Below, one piece after another: positions 34,525 to 43,779 of a DNA stretch of 64,000 bases (positions are counted from its first letter, which is position 1; every line of letters begins with the position of its first letter). Origin of the DNA: Pseudomonadota bacterium (GTDB lineage Bacteria > Pseudomonadota > Alphaproteobacteria > Rhodobacterales > Rhodobacteraceae). Under the pieces are notes generated by a model that was not told the DNA's origin, did not search any database, and saw only the letters and a list, made by a program, of their open reading frames with translations. The translations under genes were made by a program, and so were the position numbers. The stretch is from the NCBI GenBank assembly GCA_039798885.1, contig JBDKFE010000090.1:723-64722 (forward strand), given 5' to 3'.

Positions 34525-36675
34525 ATGGAACGGCTGGATCGCCATGGCTTGCAGGTCGATGCCCGCATGGTGGCCTTTGTCGAGACACGCGCGCTGCCCG
34601 GCACGGGGATCGCGGCCGACCGTTTCTGGAACGGGCTGGCCGAGGCCGTTGCGGCGCTTGGCCCTGTGAACCGCGACCTGCTGGCAACCCGCGACCGGAT
34701 ACAGGCGCGGATCGATGACTGGCATCGCACCCGCAAGGGCCAGTCGCAGGATGGCGACGCCTACCGCACCTTCCTGCAAGAGATCGGCTACCTGCTGCCC
34801 GAAGGCCCGGATTTCACCATCCGCACCCGTGGCGTCGACCCCGAGATCGCGCAGGTTCCCGGCCCGCAACTGGTGGTCCCGGTGATGAATGCCCGCTACG
34901 CGCTGAACGCGGCCAATGCGCGCTGGGGGTCGCTTTATGACGCGCTCTATGGCACCGATGCCTTGGGCGATGCGCCTGCGGGCCGCGACTACGACCCCGC
35001 CCGTGGCGCCCGCGTGATTGGCTGGGCCAAGGCGTTCCTCGACGATGTGGCCCCGCTGGCCAAGGGCAGCCATGCCGATGTGACGCGCTATGCGGTCAAG
35101 GACGGCCAGTTGTCCCCCGCCCTGCGCGACCCCGCGCAATTCGCGGGCTTTCGCGGCAGGGCCGAGGCACCCTCGGCGGTCCTGCTTAGGAACAACGGCC
35201 TGCACCTTGTGCTGCGGATCGACCCCGGCCATCGCATCGGGGCGGACGATCCGGCCGGGCTGGCCGATATCCGCATGGAATCCGCCCTTTCCGCCATCAT
35301 GGATTGCGAGGACAGCGTCGCAGCGGTGGATGCAGAGGATAAGGTTCTGGCCTATGGCAACTGGCTTGGCCTGATGAAGGGCGATCTGGTCGAGATGGTC
35401 ACGAAGGGCGACCAGACCATCGAACGCCGCCTGCGCGACGATTACGCCTTTACCGCCCCGGATGGGACGCCCTTCCTGCTGAAGGGCCGCGCGCTGATGC
35501 TGGTGCGGAACGTGGGCCACCTGATGACGAACCCCGCCATCCTTGACGCCGAAGGGCGCGAGGTGGGCGAAGGGATCATGGATGCCTTCATCACCACGCT
35601 TTGCGCGCTGCACGACCTGCAAAAGACCCAAGGCCCCCGCAATTCCCTGCACGGATCGGTCTATGTGGTGAAGCCCAAGATGCACGGGCCCGCCGAAGTG
35701 GCCTTTGCCTGCACGATCTTCGACCGGGTCGAAGACACGCTGGGCCTGCCGCGCCACACCGTAAAACTTGGGATCATGGACGAAGAGCGCCGCACCTCGG
35801 CCAACCTGAAGGAATGCATCCGCGCCGCCGCCGACCGCGTGGCCTTCATCAACACGGGCTTCCTCGACCGGACGGGGGACGAAATCCACACCTCGATGGA
35901 GGCGGGGCCGATGATCCGCAAGGGCGACATGAAGGGCGCCGCATGGATCAAGGCCTACGAGGATCGCAACGTCGATATCGGTCTGGCCTGCGGGCTTAAG
36001 GGGCGCGCGCAGATCGGCAAGGGGATGTGGGCCATGCCCGACCTGATGGCCGCGATGCTGGCGGCGAAAATCGCGCACCCGCAGGCGGGCGCGACCTGCG
36101 CCTGGGTCCCCTCGCCCACCGCCGCCACGCTGCACGCCACGCATTACCACCGCGTGGACGTTCTGGCCGTGCAGGACGCCATCGCCAAGTCCGGCCCGCG
36201 CGGGCGGCTGGAGGAGCTGCTGACCCTCCCGCTGGCCGAGGGCGTCAACTGGTCCGAAGACGACATCCGGTCCGAGGTGGAAAACAACGCCCAAGGCATC
36301 CTCGGCTATGTGGTGCGCTGGGTGGATCAAGGCGTGGGCTGTTCCAAGGTGCCCGACATCCATGACGTGGGCCTGATGGAAGACCGCGCGACCTGCCGCA
36401 TCTCGTCACAGGCGCTGGCCAACTGGCTGCATCACGGCGTGGTGACCGAAGCGCAGGTGATGGCCGCGCTGCGCAAGATGGCCGCCGTGGTGGATCGCCA
36501 GAACGCGCATGATCCGGCCTATCGGCCGATGGCGCCGGGTTTCGACGGGGTGGCCTTCAAGGCGGCCTGCGATCTGGTCTTTGACGGGCGGGCGCAACCT
36601 TCGGGATATACCGAACCCGTTCTGCACCGCCGCAGGTTGGAATTGAAGGCCCGCGCGCGGCTGCATCTGGTCTGA
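34525..36675 (+). CDS. glcB: Malate synthase G
   Basis: ORF from 34414 trimmed to ATG 34525 ([12 protein letters not shown]...). The ~716-aa product is colinear with malate synthase G (…LMKGDL…, …[12 protein letters not shown]…, …[10 protein letters not shown]…). Confidence 0.9.
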   Translation: MERLDRHGLQVDARMVAFVETRALPGTGIAADRFWNGLAEAVAALGPVNRDLLATRDRIQARIDDWHRTRKGQSQDGDAYRTFLQEIGYLLPEGPDFTIRTRGVDPEIAQVPGPQLVVPVMNARYALNAANARWGSLYDALYGTDALGDAPAGRDYDPARGARVIGWAKAFLDDVAPLAKGSHADVTRYAVKDGQLSPALRDPAQFAGFRGRAEAPSAVLLRNNGLHLVLRIDPGHRIGADDPAGLADIRMESALSAIMDCEDSVAAVDAEDKVLAYGNWLGLMKGDLVEMVTKGDQTIERRLRDDYAFTAPDGTPFLLKGRALMLVRNVGHLMTNPAILDAEGREVGEGIMDAFITTLCALHDLQKTQGPRNSLHGSVYVVKPKMHGPAEVAFACTIFDRVEDTLGLPRHTVKLGIMDEERRTSANLKECIRAAADRVAFINTGFLDRTGDEIHTSMEAGPMIRKGDMKGAAWIKAYEDRNVDIGLACGLKGRAQIGKGMWAMPDLMAAMLAAKIAHPQAGATCAWVPSPTAATLHATHYHRVDVLAVQDAIAKSGPRGRLEELLTLPLAEGVNWSEDDIRSEVENNAQGILGYVVRWVDQGVGCSKVPDIHDVGLMEDRATCRISSQALANWLHHGVVTEAQVMAALRKMAAVVDRQNAHDPAYRPMAPGFDGVAFKAACDLVFDGRAQPSGYTEPVLHRRRLELKARARLHLV

Positions 36676-36796
36676 AACCGTCCCAAAACCACGAATCCGT
36701 TGCCCACAGGCCGTTTTCGCGGTTTCTAGGGCGCACTGTCCGACCCGGACCGTCAGACGGCACGATGCCGCCTGTTGTATGCGTTGAAGGTTCATC

Positions 36797-37591
36797 ATGC
36801 GTTCCATGCTCTCGCGCAGTCTGCGCTCTGCCGCGCTCGCGGCCTCTCTGTCCCTGCCCCTTGGCATCACCCCGGCATTCGTCCCCGCCCCGGCCATGGC
36901 GCAGACATTGCTCCCGCCCCCCTACCTGTCCTATGCGCTTGACGCGCTGCTGCTGCCCATCGACGACACGGTGCGCGCCACCTTCGGCCTTGCGCCCGAA
37001 GATGTGGGCGTCTTCGTCCTCGCCACCGCGCCCGGCGGTCTGGCCGAAAGCGCGGGCCTGCTGCCCGGTGACGTGCTGGACTATGTGCAGGGCGAGGAAA
37101 TCCTGTCGCCCGAGGACCTCGACGCGATCATCTGGACCTGGCTGCAACAGGGCATCACCGACTACACCTTCGACGGAAGGCGCGCAGGGGCCGCACTGGC
37201 GACCGAGACGGTGATCACCATCGAATACTGGGAAGAGACGGTGGAGATCACCGAAATCTCCAGCTGGTCCAGCTACAGTTCCGAAAGCTTCAGCTACGAA
37301 GAGTACAGCGCCGAATATTCCGAAGAGATCAGCGCCAGCTACGAATCGCAAAGCTTCGAGGCGACCGAAGAGCAGGTGACCGAAGACACCGAAGACCAGA
37401 CCATCGAAGAGGAGGTCACGGACGAGGGTTCCGCCGAAGAAGAGGTCATGGACGAGGCGTCCGCCGAAGAGGACATCTGCGACGGTGAAATCATCGACGG
37501 GGTCTGCATGGACGGGACCGAGGATGTGGGCGCCGACGAAGGCGCAGACGAAGGCGGTGACGAAGGCGGCGAGGAAGAGATCATCGAATAA
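36797..37591 (+). CDS. Secreted PDZ-domain protein with an extremely acidic Ser/Tyr/Glu/Asp-rich C-terminal tail
   Basis: Signal peptide ...PAPAMAQ, a PDZ-like core GVFVLATAPGGLAESAGLLPGDVLDYVQGEEI, and a last ~110 aa that are almost entirely E/D/S/Y/T. Confidence 0.7.
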   Translation: MRSMLSRSLRSAALAASLSLPLGITPAFVPAPAMAQTLLPPPYLSYALDALLLPIDDTVRATFGLAPEDVGVFVLATAPGGLAESAGLLPGDVLDYVQGEEILSPEDLDAIIWTWLQQGITDYTFDGRRAGAALATETVITIEYWEETVEITEISSWSSYSSESFSYEEYSAEYSEEISASYESQSFEATEEQVTEDTEDQTIEEEVTDEGSAEEEVMDEASAEEDICDGEIIDGVCMDGTEDVGADEGADEGGDEGGEEEIIE

Positions 37592-37596
37592 CCCCC

Positions 37597-37724
37597 TTCA
37601 TCTCGGCCCCAAATACCCGCGGGGGGTCGCCCGGAACGGGCGACGGGGGCAGCCGCCCCCCAGCCGAGCCGAAGCGAAGGCGAAGGCGAGAGACACGGCT
37701 TGCGCGCGCCCCCGGGCGCGCGCT
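37597..37724 (-). repeat. TATTTGGG-core intergenic repeat, copy 2 (core TTCATCTCGGCCCCAAATACCC + long GC-rich module)
   Basis: The core lies at 37597-37618, 6 nt after stop 37591. The module contains GTCGCCCG-gaa-CGGGCGAC, GAGCCGAAGCG and GCGCGCGCCC-cc-GGGCGCGCGC, and ends in GCGCTCCGC. It is colinear with copy 5 in reverse orientation. Confidence 0.7.
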
Positions 37725-37729
37725 CCGCT

Positions 37730-37984
37730 TCATGCGCCGATGTCGAGGGCGAGCGCGTGGATGCGGGTGTTCAGATCGCCCAGCGCCTTTTGCACCGCGC
37801 GGTGGCGGTCGACCCGGCTCATCGCGCCGAAGGATGCGGCGCGGATCGTGACGCGGAAATGGCTCTCGCCCGACCCATCATCGCCTGCATGGCCTGCGTG
37901 GCGGTGGCTTTCGTTGACCACCTCCAGCAGGGACGGGGCAAAGGCCTCGGTCAATCGCTGCGTGATCTCGTCGCGCACGGCCAT
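37730..37984 (-). CDS. bolA: BolA-family protein
   Basis: 84 aa: ...VVNESHRHAGHAG...SHFRVTIRAASFGAMSRVDRHRAV... Confidence 0.85.
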   Translation of the reverse strand: MAVRDEITQRLTEAFAPSLLEVVNESHRHAGHAGDDGSGESHFRVTIRAASFGAMSRVDRHRAVQKALGDLNTRIHALALDIGA

Positions 37985-38060
37985 TTTTCGCTGCCCCCTC
38001 TTCTCTCTGCTGCGAGAACCCCTAAACTCTCGCCTCCGAGTCGGAAAGGCCTGCTACAGA

Positions 38061-38696
38061 ATGACAACGCGCCCCCCCTTCGAGTTCGACCTTCGCGTCT
38101 CTGCCGACAAAAAGCGGCGCAAGGCGGGACGGCGCGGTATGTCGGGGGCCTTCGAGACATCGCAGAAGGGCTGCGACTATCCCGGCTGCGGCGAACAGGG
38201 GGCCTATCGCGCGCCGAAATCGCCCGAGCACCTGGATGAGTTCTTCTGGTTCTGCAAGGATCACGTGCGCGAATACAACCTGAAGTGGAATTTCTTTCAG
38301 GGCACGACGGATGAGGAATTCCAGAAATTCCTTGAAAAGGATCGGCTTTGGGGCCGCGAGACGCAGCCCTTTGGCAAAAAGCCCGACGAGGGCCGCGCGT
38401 GGCAGCGGCTGGGCGTCGATGATCCGATGGCGATCCTTGGCGAAAAGGCGACGCTGAACCCGGCCAAGCCCACGGGGAACGCCACGCGCAAACTGCCCCC
38501 GACCGAACGCAAGGCGCTGGAAATCCTCGACTGCCGCGACACGATGACCAAGGCCGAGATCCGCAAGCAGTACAAGTCGCTGGTCAAGGACCTGCATCCC
38601 GACATGAACGGCGGCGACCGGTCTGACGAGGAACGCCTGCAAGAGGTGGTCTGGGCGTGGGAGCAGATCCGCGACAGCCGCTATTTCCGCGACTGA
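38061..38696 (+). CDS. J-domain protein with N-terminal Cys-rich (zinc-finger-like) region
   Basis: ORF from 37485 trimmed to ATG 38061. Contains CDYPGCGEQG...FWFCKDH and a C-terminal J domain with HPD (KQYKSLVKDLHPDMNGGD). Confidence 0.8.
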   Translation: MTTRPPFEFDLRVSADKKRRKAGRRGMSGAFETSQKGCDYPGCGEQGAYRAPKSPEHLDEFFWFCKDHVREYNLKWNFFQGTTDEEFQKFLEKDRLWGRETQPFGKKPDEGRAWQRLGVDDPMAILGEKATLNPAKPTGNATRKLPPTERKALEILDCRDTMTKAEIRKQYKSLVKDLHPDMNGGDRSDEERLQEVVWAWEQIRDSRYFRD

Positions 38697-39091
38697 TCCC
38701 GCCCCTGCCGCAGCGCGATCACCTGCACCGCCACCACCCCCGCCAGCACCGCGCCCCATGACAGCGGATGGCGCGGCATCTCGGCCAGCAGCCCGAGCGG
38801 CCCTGCCGCCACGCCCCCCAGCAGCGGCGCAGCCAGCGCCGCGAGGATCCCCGCGACCACCAGCACCAGCGCGAAAGCGATACCGCCGCGCAGCCAGCCC
38901 TGCCACGCGGCCCGTCCGAATGCCCCGGCGGCACACCAGCCCGCAACGGCGGCGACCGGGGCGGCGGCGGCAAAGGCGGGGGTAAAGACGACCGACGCTT
39001 CGGTATCCGCGCCAAGCTCTGCCCGCCCGACGGCGGCGGCGGCAAAGACGGTCAGCAAAAGCGTGCGGGTCAGGCGGTGGCGTGGGGTCAT
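38681..39091 (-). CDS. Hypothetical small membrane protein
   Basis: ORF 38681..39475 trimmed to ATG 39091 (MTPRHRLTRTLLLTVFAAAA...). Four hydrophobic stretches. Converges on and overlaps the J-domain gene by 16 nt. No recognisable family. Confidence 0.4.
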   Translation of the reverse strand: MTPRHRLTRTLLLTVFAAAAVGRAELGADTEASVVFTPAFAAAAPVAAVAGWCAAGAFGRAAWQGWLRGGIAFALVLVVAGILAALAAPLLGGVAAGPLGLLAEMPRHPLSWGAVLAGVVAVQVIALRQGRDQSRK

Positions 39092-39365
39092 GCCACCTAG
39101 ATAGCGAGAGGGATGGTGCTGTGCCAGTGGGTGGGCGGCGGCATCGGGTATCGCCACGATGGATCCCATATCGCGGCCATTATTCCGGTGCCACCTGTCA
39201 GGTCTGGTGCATGGCCCAAAGCCACGGACCGCAAGTCCCGCGACCCACGCGTTCCAAACCCGCCCATATGTCGCTTGCAGAAGTTTCCCTGCCGCCCTTC
39301 CCCTTGCACCCCCCCGCGATATGTTCCACACATCCTCGACGCCCCCATGGGGGCAATTTGACCTG

Positions 39366-40352
39366 ATGGCGGACGGAATGCTGGACACTGTGATGAAACC
39401 CACCGAAGAAATCTCTGTCCGGGATGTCTTCGGCATCGACACCGACATGAAGGTGAAAGGTTTCGCCGACCGCACCGACCGCGTGCCGGAGATCGACCCG
39501 ACCTACAAATTCGACCCCGACACCACGCTCGCCATCCTTGCAGGCTTTGCCTACAACCGCCGCGTGATGATCCAAGGCTATCACGGCACCGGCAAATCCA
39601 CCCATATCGAACAGGTGGCTGCGCGGCTGAACTGGCCCTGCGTGCGTGTCAACCTTGACAGCCATATCAGCCGGATCGACCTGATCGGCAAGGACGCGAT
39701 CAAGCTGCGCGACGGCAAGCAGGTCACCGAATTCCACGAAGGCATCCTGCCTTGGGCGCTGCGTAACCCCGTCGCTATCGTTTTCGACGAATATGACGCA
39801 GGCCGCGCCGACGTGATGTTCGTCATTCAGCGCGTGCTGGAACATGACGGCAAGCTGACGCTTCTGGACCAGAACGAGATCATCACCCCCCACCCGTCCT
39901 TCCGCCTTTTCGCCACGGCCAATACCGTGGGTCTGGGCGATACGACCGGCCTTTATCACGGCACCCAGCAGATCAACCAAGCCCAGATGGACCGCTGGTC
40001 GCTGGTCGCCACGCTGAACTACCTGTCCCACGATGCCGAAGCTGCCATCGTGCTGGCCAAGAACCCGCATTACAACACCGACAAGGGGCGCAAGCAGATC
40101 AACCAGATGGTCACCGTCGCCGACCTGACGCGGACCGCCTTCATGAACGGCGATCTGTCCACCGTGATGTCGCCGCGCACGGTCATCAACTGGGCCCAGA
40201 ACGCGGAAATCTTCCGAAACGTGGGCTATGCCTTCCGCCTGTCCTTCCTGAACAAATGCGACGAGCTGGAACGCCAGACGGTCGCCGAATTCTACCAGCG
40301 CTGCTTTGGCGAGGAATTGCCCGAAAGCGCCGCCTCCATGGCGATGAAGTAA
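39366..40352 (+). CDS. cobS: Aerobic cobaltochelatase subunit CobS (MoxR-like AAA+ ATPase)
   Basis: ...[20 protein letters not shown]...[18 protein letters not shown]...Walker [10 protein letters not shown]. The start is uncertain (39366 or 39378). Confidence 0.85.
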   Translation: MADGMLDTVMKPTEEISVRDVFGIDTDMKVKGFADRTDRVPEIDPTYKFDPDTTLAILAGFAYNRRVMIQGYHGTGKSTHIEQVAARLNWPCVRVNLDSHISRIDLIGKDAIKLRDGKQVTEFHEGILPWALRNPVAIVFDEYDAGRADVMFVIQRVLEHDGKLTLLDQNEIITPHPSFRLFATANTVGLGDTTGLYHGTQQINQAQMDRWSLVATLNYLSHDAEAAIVLAKNPHYNTDKGRKQINQMVTVADLTRTAFMNGDLSTVMSPRTVINWAQNAEIFRNVGYAFRLSFLNKCDELERQTVAEFYQRCFGEELPESAASMAMK

Positions 40353-40379
40353 GCGCGTCCGACCGCCCGGACGCAGCGC

Positions 40380-40406
40380 GGCCCCGCCCTTTGGCGGGGC
40401 CGTTTT
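40380..40406 (+). terminator. Intrinsic terminator after cobS
   Basis: GGCCCCGCC-cttt-GGCGGGGCC followed by GTTTT. Confidence 0.7.
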
Positions 40407-40472
40407 CATTCCGTCGTATAGTTTCCAAACCGCCCGATTGATCGGCGGAAAAATCGCTGCCATGCTGGTTTC

Positions 40473-40865
40473 ATGGGCGGTTTGAAAACATATCTCCGCG
40501 CCACGGCGCTCCTCTGCGCGCTCGCCGCCCCCGTTGCGGCACGGGCCCAAGGCGACATTCCCGATGATCCGCTGCGGTTCTTCGCCACCTGCGCGGGGCG
40601 CTTATCCGCGCTGATGGAACATCAATGGATCGTGGACGGCCCCGCCTCGGATGCGACCAAGGCGAAACGCCACGCCGTACTAGAGGTGGTGGAAGCCCTC
40701 ACCCCGCCGGGGGATGAGGCGGTGGTGATGGGGTGGCGGATCGAGGCGAAGGCCGCCCATGCGGCGCTGCTGGCCGCCGCGCGCCATGGCGACACCCGCG
40801 CCACCCGCCGCGCGGCGCTGCGGGCCGCGACCTTGCAGCGGGAATGCGACGCCCTTCTGTCCTGA
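40473..40865 (+). CDS. Hypothetical secreted protein
   Basis: 130 aa with signal peptide MGGLKTYLRATALLCALAAPVAARAQG. No recognisable family. Confidence 0.55.
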   Translation: MGGLKTYLRATALLCALAAPVAARAQGDIPDDPLRFFATCAGRLSALMEHQWIVDGPASDATKAKRHAVLEVVEALTPPGDEAVVMGWRIEAKAAHAALLAAARHGDTRATRRAALRAATLQRECDALLS

Positions 40866-40872
40866 CTGCCGC

Positions 40873-40937
40873 TTCATCTTGGCCCAAATACCCCGAGGGG
40901 TGAGGCGCCGCAGGCGCCGAGGGGGCGAGCAGCCCCC
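40873..40937 (-). repeat. TATTTGGG-core intergenic repeat, copy 3
   Basis: Core TTCATCTTGGCCCAAATACCCC lies 8 nt after stop 40865. It is followed by GGCGCC-gca-GGCGCC and GGGGGC-gagca-GCCCCC. The module is colinear with copy 4 in reverse orientation. Confidence 0.7.
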
Positions 40938-40965
40938 TTGCCACGCCACCCCACCGCGCGAATGC

Positions 40966-40990
40966 AAAAGGGGTGGCGCAAGGCCACCCC
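40966..40990 (-). terminator. Intrinsic terminator of the FMN reductase gene
   Basis: The minus strand reads GGGGTGGC-cttgc-GCCACCCC followed by TTTT, about 30 nt after stop 41019. Confidence 0.6.
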
Positions 40991-41018
40991 TTCCACCGAC
41001 AGGGAGACGCCGGAAAGA

Positions 41019-41603
41019 TCAGCCGCGCGCGGCCTTGGTGGCCTTCGCCCACCAGACCAGATCGTCGAGCGAGGCCTTGGCGGCGGGCAGCAGGTTCGCC
41101 TCGACATCGGCCAGATTGCCCGACCCGCCAAAGCCCGGATGGACGCGGAAGAAATCGCCCATGCCCAGATGCACGGCATTGCGCGTGGGCACCATCTGCA
41201 GCTCCACCGCGATGTTGCGCAGATGCTCCATCGCGCGGGTCCCGCCGACCGAGCCATAGGCAAAGGCGGTCATCGGCTTGCGGGCCCATTCCACATAGGC
41301 CTGATCCAGCGCGTTCTTCAGCGCACCGGTGACCGAGCGGTTGTATTCCGCCACGACGAAGATGTAGCCGTCGAACTGGCCGATCTTCTTTTGCCATTTC
41401 ACGGCCGCCTCGGACTGCGACGGGGCCCAGGCGTTCGAGGCCACTTCGTTGAACAGCGGCAGGTCGAAATCGCGCAGGTCGACAAGTTCAACGTCCATGT
41501 CGGTGCGGGCCTGCGCCTGCTTCAGCATCCACTGGGCCGGGATATCGGCAAAGCGCGTCGCGCGGGTGGAGCCGATGATAAGGGCGATCTTGGGGTTGCT
41601 CAT
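41019..41603 (-). CDS. NADPH-dependent FMN reductase family protein
   Basis: ORF 41019..42395 trimmed to ATG 41603 (MSNPKIALIIGSTRATRF...). 194 aa with a flavodoxin-like fold. Confidence 0.85.
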   Translation of the reverse strand: MSNPKIALIIGSTRATRFADIPAQWMLKQAQARTDMDVELVDLRDFDLPLFNEVASNAWAPSQSEAAVKWQKKIGQFDGYIFVVAEYNRSVTGALKNALDQAYVEWARKPMTAFAYGSVGGTRAMEHLRNIAVELQMVPTRNAVHLGMGDFFRVHPGFGGSGNLADVEANLLPAAKASLDDLVWWAKATKAARG

Positions 41604-41834
41604 GGCGGTGTCCGTTTTCGGTTGAGGAGGGTTTGACGTTTGCCCGCCATAGATGCCATTTGGACGGCACCGTTCAATTCGGCGGGGGCGCAAGCGCACT
41701 GTGCGCGGATGCACGCATGGCCCCGTGGCGGATTTCCCCGGTGCGCCGTCGTTCCCGCCCTTGCCCCTGCCCGCCCCAGATGCAAATCTGCCCCTGACCG
41801 GTGTGCCTTCCGCGCACCCCCTGCGCGTGACCTG

Positions 41835-43703
41835 ATGAACAAGCCCACCGACAATCCCGCCGATCCCTTCAAGAAGGCGCTGGCCGAAGCCACGCGCACC
41901 ATGGCCGACGATCCGGACATGACCGTGCAATATTCGGTCGACCCGCCGGGGATGAACCGCGAAGGCGTGCGCCTGCCGCAGGTCAGCCGCCGCATGACCC
42001 GGGACGAGGTGATGCTGGCGCGCGGCACGGCGGATGCCTTCGCGCTGCGCCGCAAGTTCCACGACGACGGCGTGGCCGCGCGCTATCTGCCGCAGGGCAA
42101 TCTGGCGCGCGAAATCTATGAGGCGATGGAAACCGCGCGCTGCGAGGCGGTGGGCGCACGCGCCATGCCGGGCACCGCCGTCAACATCGACGCCAAGATC
42201 GCGCATGAGGCAGAGCGCAAGGGCTATTCCCAGATCACCGCGATGCAGGACGCGCCGCTGTCGGTGGCGGCGGGCTATCTGGTGCGCCATCTGGCGACGG
42301 GCCGCGACATGCCCAAGGGTGCGGGCAATGTCATGGACCTGTGGCGCGGCTTCATCGAAGAACAGGCGGGCGGCACGCTTGAAAACCTTGACCATGTGCT
42401 GGAGGATCAGGCGGCTTTCGCGCGGCTGGCGCGCAAGGTGATCTCGGACCTCGGCTATGGTGACCAGTTGGGGGATGACCCCGATCAGGACGAACCCGAC
42501 GATCAGGAAGGCGAGGCCGAAGAGGATCAGGACAGCCCCGAGTCGGCGGGCGAAGAGGAGCAGGAGAGCGACGAGTCCGAAGCCTCGCCCGAGCGGTCGC
42601 AGGAAGAGCAGCAGGATCAGTCGCAGGCGCAGGTCACGATGGAGGACAGCGCCGACATGGAGCAGGGCGACGAGGCCGAATTGCCGGAAGGCGAGGCCCC
42701 GCTGGAACCCCCGCCTCCCGCCCCCTATTCCGATGCGGACCCGAACTACACCGTCTACACGCAGGATTTCGACGAGGAAATCCGGGCCGAGGAATTGGCC
42801 GAACCCGCCGAACTGGAACGGCTGCGCGCCTATCTGGACCAGCAGTTGGAACCGCTGAAAGGCGCGGTCAGCCGTCTGGCCAACAAGTTGCAGCGCCGCT
42901 TGCAGGCCCAGCAGAACCGGTCGTGGCTGTTCGATCTGGAGGAAGGCACGCTGGATGCCGGACGCCTTGCGCGGGTGGTGGCGAACCCGACGACGCCGCT
43001 GTCCTTCAAGCAGGAAAAGGACACCGAATTCCGCGACACCTGCGTGACGCTGCTGCTGGACAATTCAGGCTCGATGCGGGGTCGCCCGATCTCTATCGCC
43101 GCGATCTGCGCGGATGTTCTGGCGCGGACGCTGGAGCGGTGCAGCGTGAAGGTTGAAATCCTGGGCTTCACCACGCGGGCGTGGAAGGGCGGGCAGTCGC
43201 GCGAACGCTGGCTGGCGCAGGGGCGGCCGCAGGGGCCGGGGCGTCTGAACGATCTGCGCCACATCATCTACAAGGGTGCGGATGCGCCGTGGCGGCGGGC
43301 GCGGCCCAATCTGGGCCTGATGATGAAGGAAGGCTTGCTGAAGGAAAACATCGACGGCGAGGCGCTGGAATGGGCGCATCGCCGGATGATGGCGCGGCCC
43401 GAGGCGCGCAAGATCCTGATGGTGATTTCCGATGGGGCGCCGGTGGATGACTCCACCCTGTCGGTCAACCCCGCGAATTTCCTTGAAAAGCACCTGCGCG
43501 ACGTGATCGCCATGGTCGAGCGGCGGCGTCAGGTGGAACTGATCGCCATCGGCATCGGCCATGACGTGACGCGCTATTACCAGCGCGCGGTGACGATCAC
43601 CGATGTGGAACAGTTGGCGGGCGCGATGACCGAGCAATTGGCGGGCCTGTTCGAGGTCGATCCGAAAAAGCGGGCAAAGGCGGGCCTGCGGCGGGCCGGG
43701 TAG
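41835..43703 (+). CDS. cobT: Aerobic cobaltochelatase subunit CobT
   Basis: ORF from 41640 trimmed to ATG 41835 ([21 protein letters not shown]...). Has a central poly-acidic linker and a C-terminal vWA domain with [16 protein letters not shown]. Confidence 0.85.
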   Translation: MNKPTDNPADPFKKALAEATRTMADDPDMTVQYSVDPPGMNREGVRLPQVSRRMTRDEVMLARGTADAFALRRKFHDDGVAARYLPQGNLAREIYEAMETARCEAVGARAMPGTAVNIDAKIAHEAERKGYSQITAMQDAPLSVAAGYLVRHLATGRDMPKGAGNVMDLWRGFIEEQAGGTLENLDHVLEDQAAFARLARKVISDLGYGDQLGDDPDQDEPDDQEGEAEEDQDSPESAGEEEQESDESEASPERSQEEQQDQSQAQVTMEDSADMEQGDEAELPEGEAPLEPPPPAPYSDADPNYTVYTQDFDEEIRAEELAEPAELERLRAYLDQQLEPLKGAVSRLANKLQRRLQAQQNRSWLFDLEEGTLDAGRLARVVANPTTPLSFKQEKDTEFRDTCVTLLLDNSGSMRGRPISIAAICADVLARTLERCSVKVEILGFTTRAWKGGQSRERWLAQGRPQGPGRLNDLRHIIYKGADAPWRRARPNLGLMMKEGLLKENIDGEALEWAHRRMMARPEARKILMVISDGAPVDDSTLSVNPANFLEKHLRDVIAMVERRRQVELIAIGIGHDVTRYYQRAVTITDVEQLAGAMTEQLAGLFEVDPKKRAKAGLRRAG

Positions 43704-43771
43704 AGGGGGGCTCGCCCCCCTCTGGGCCTGCGGCCCATTCACCCCTGAGGATATTTGAAGACGGAAAATGA
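43703..43771 (+). repeat. TATTTGGG-core intergenic repeat, copy 4
   Basis: GAGGGGGGCTCGCCCCCCTC, then GGGCC-tgc-GGCCC, then core GAGGATATTTGAAGACGGAAAATGA (43748-43771). It starts at the cobT stop. Confidence 0.7.
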
Positions 43772-43779
43772 GGGGCGCG

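Noticed and set aside
37650-37692. GAAGCG/GAAGGC hexamer run (GCCGAAGCGAAGGCGAAGGCGAGAGA) as a microsatellite.
   Set aside because: There are only about 4 imperfect units. The run lies inside copy 2 of the TATTTGGG-core repeat, and its counterpart in copy 5 (GAGCCGAAGCGCGCAAGCG) is not repetitive.
39092-39365. Cobalamin riboswitch upstream of cobS (also checked 41604-41834 upstream of cobT).
   Set aside because: GGTGCC and GCCAC strings occur, but there is no B12-box (GAAGACCTGCC-like) motif and the conserved blocks do not appear in order.
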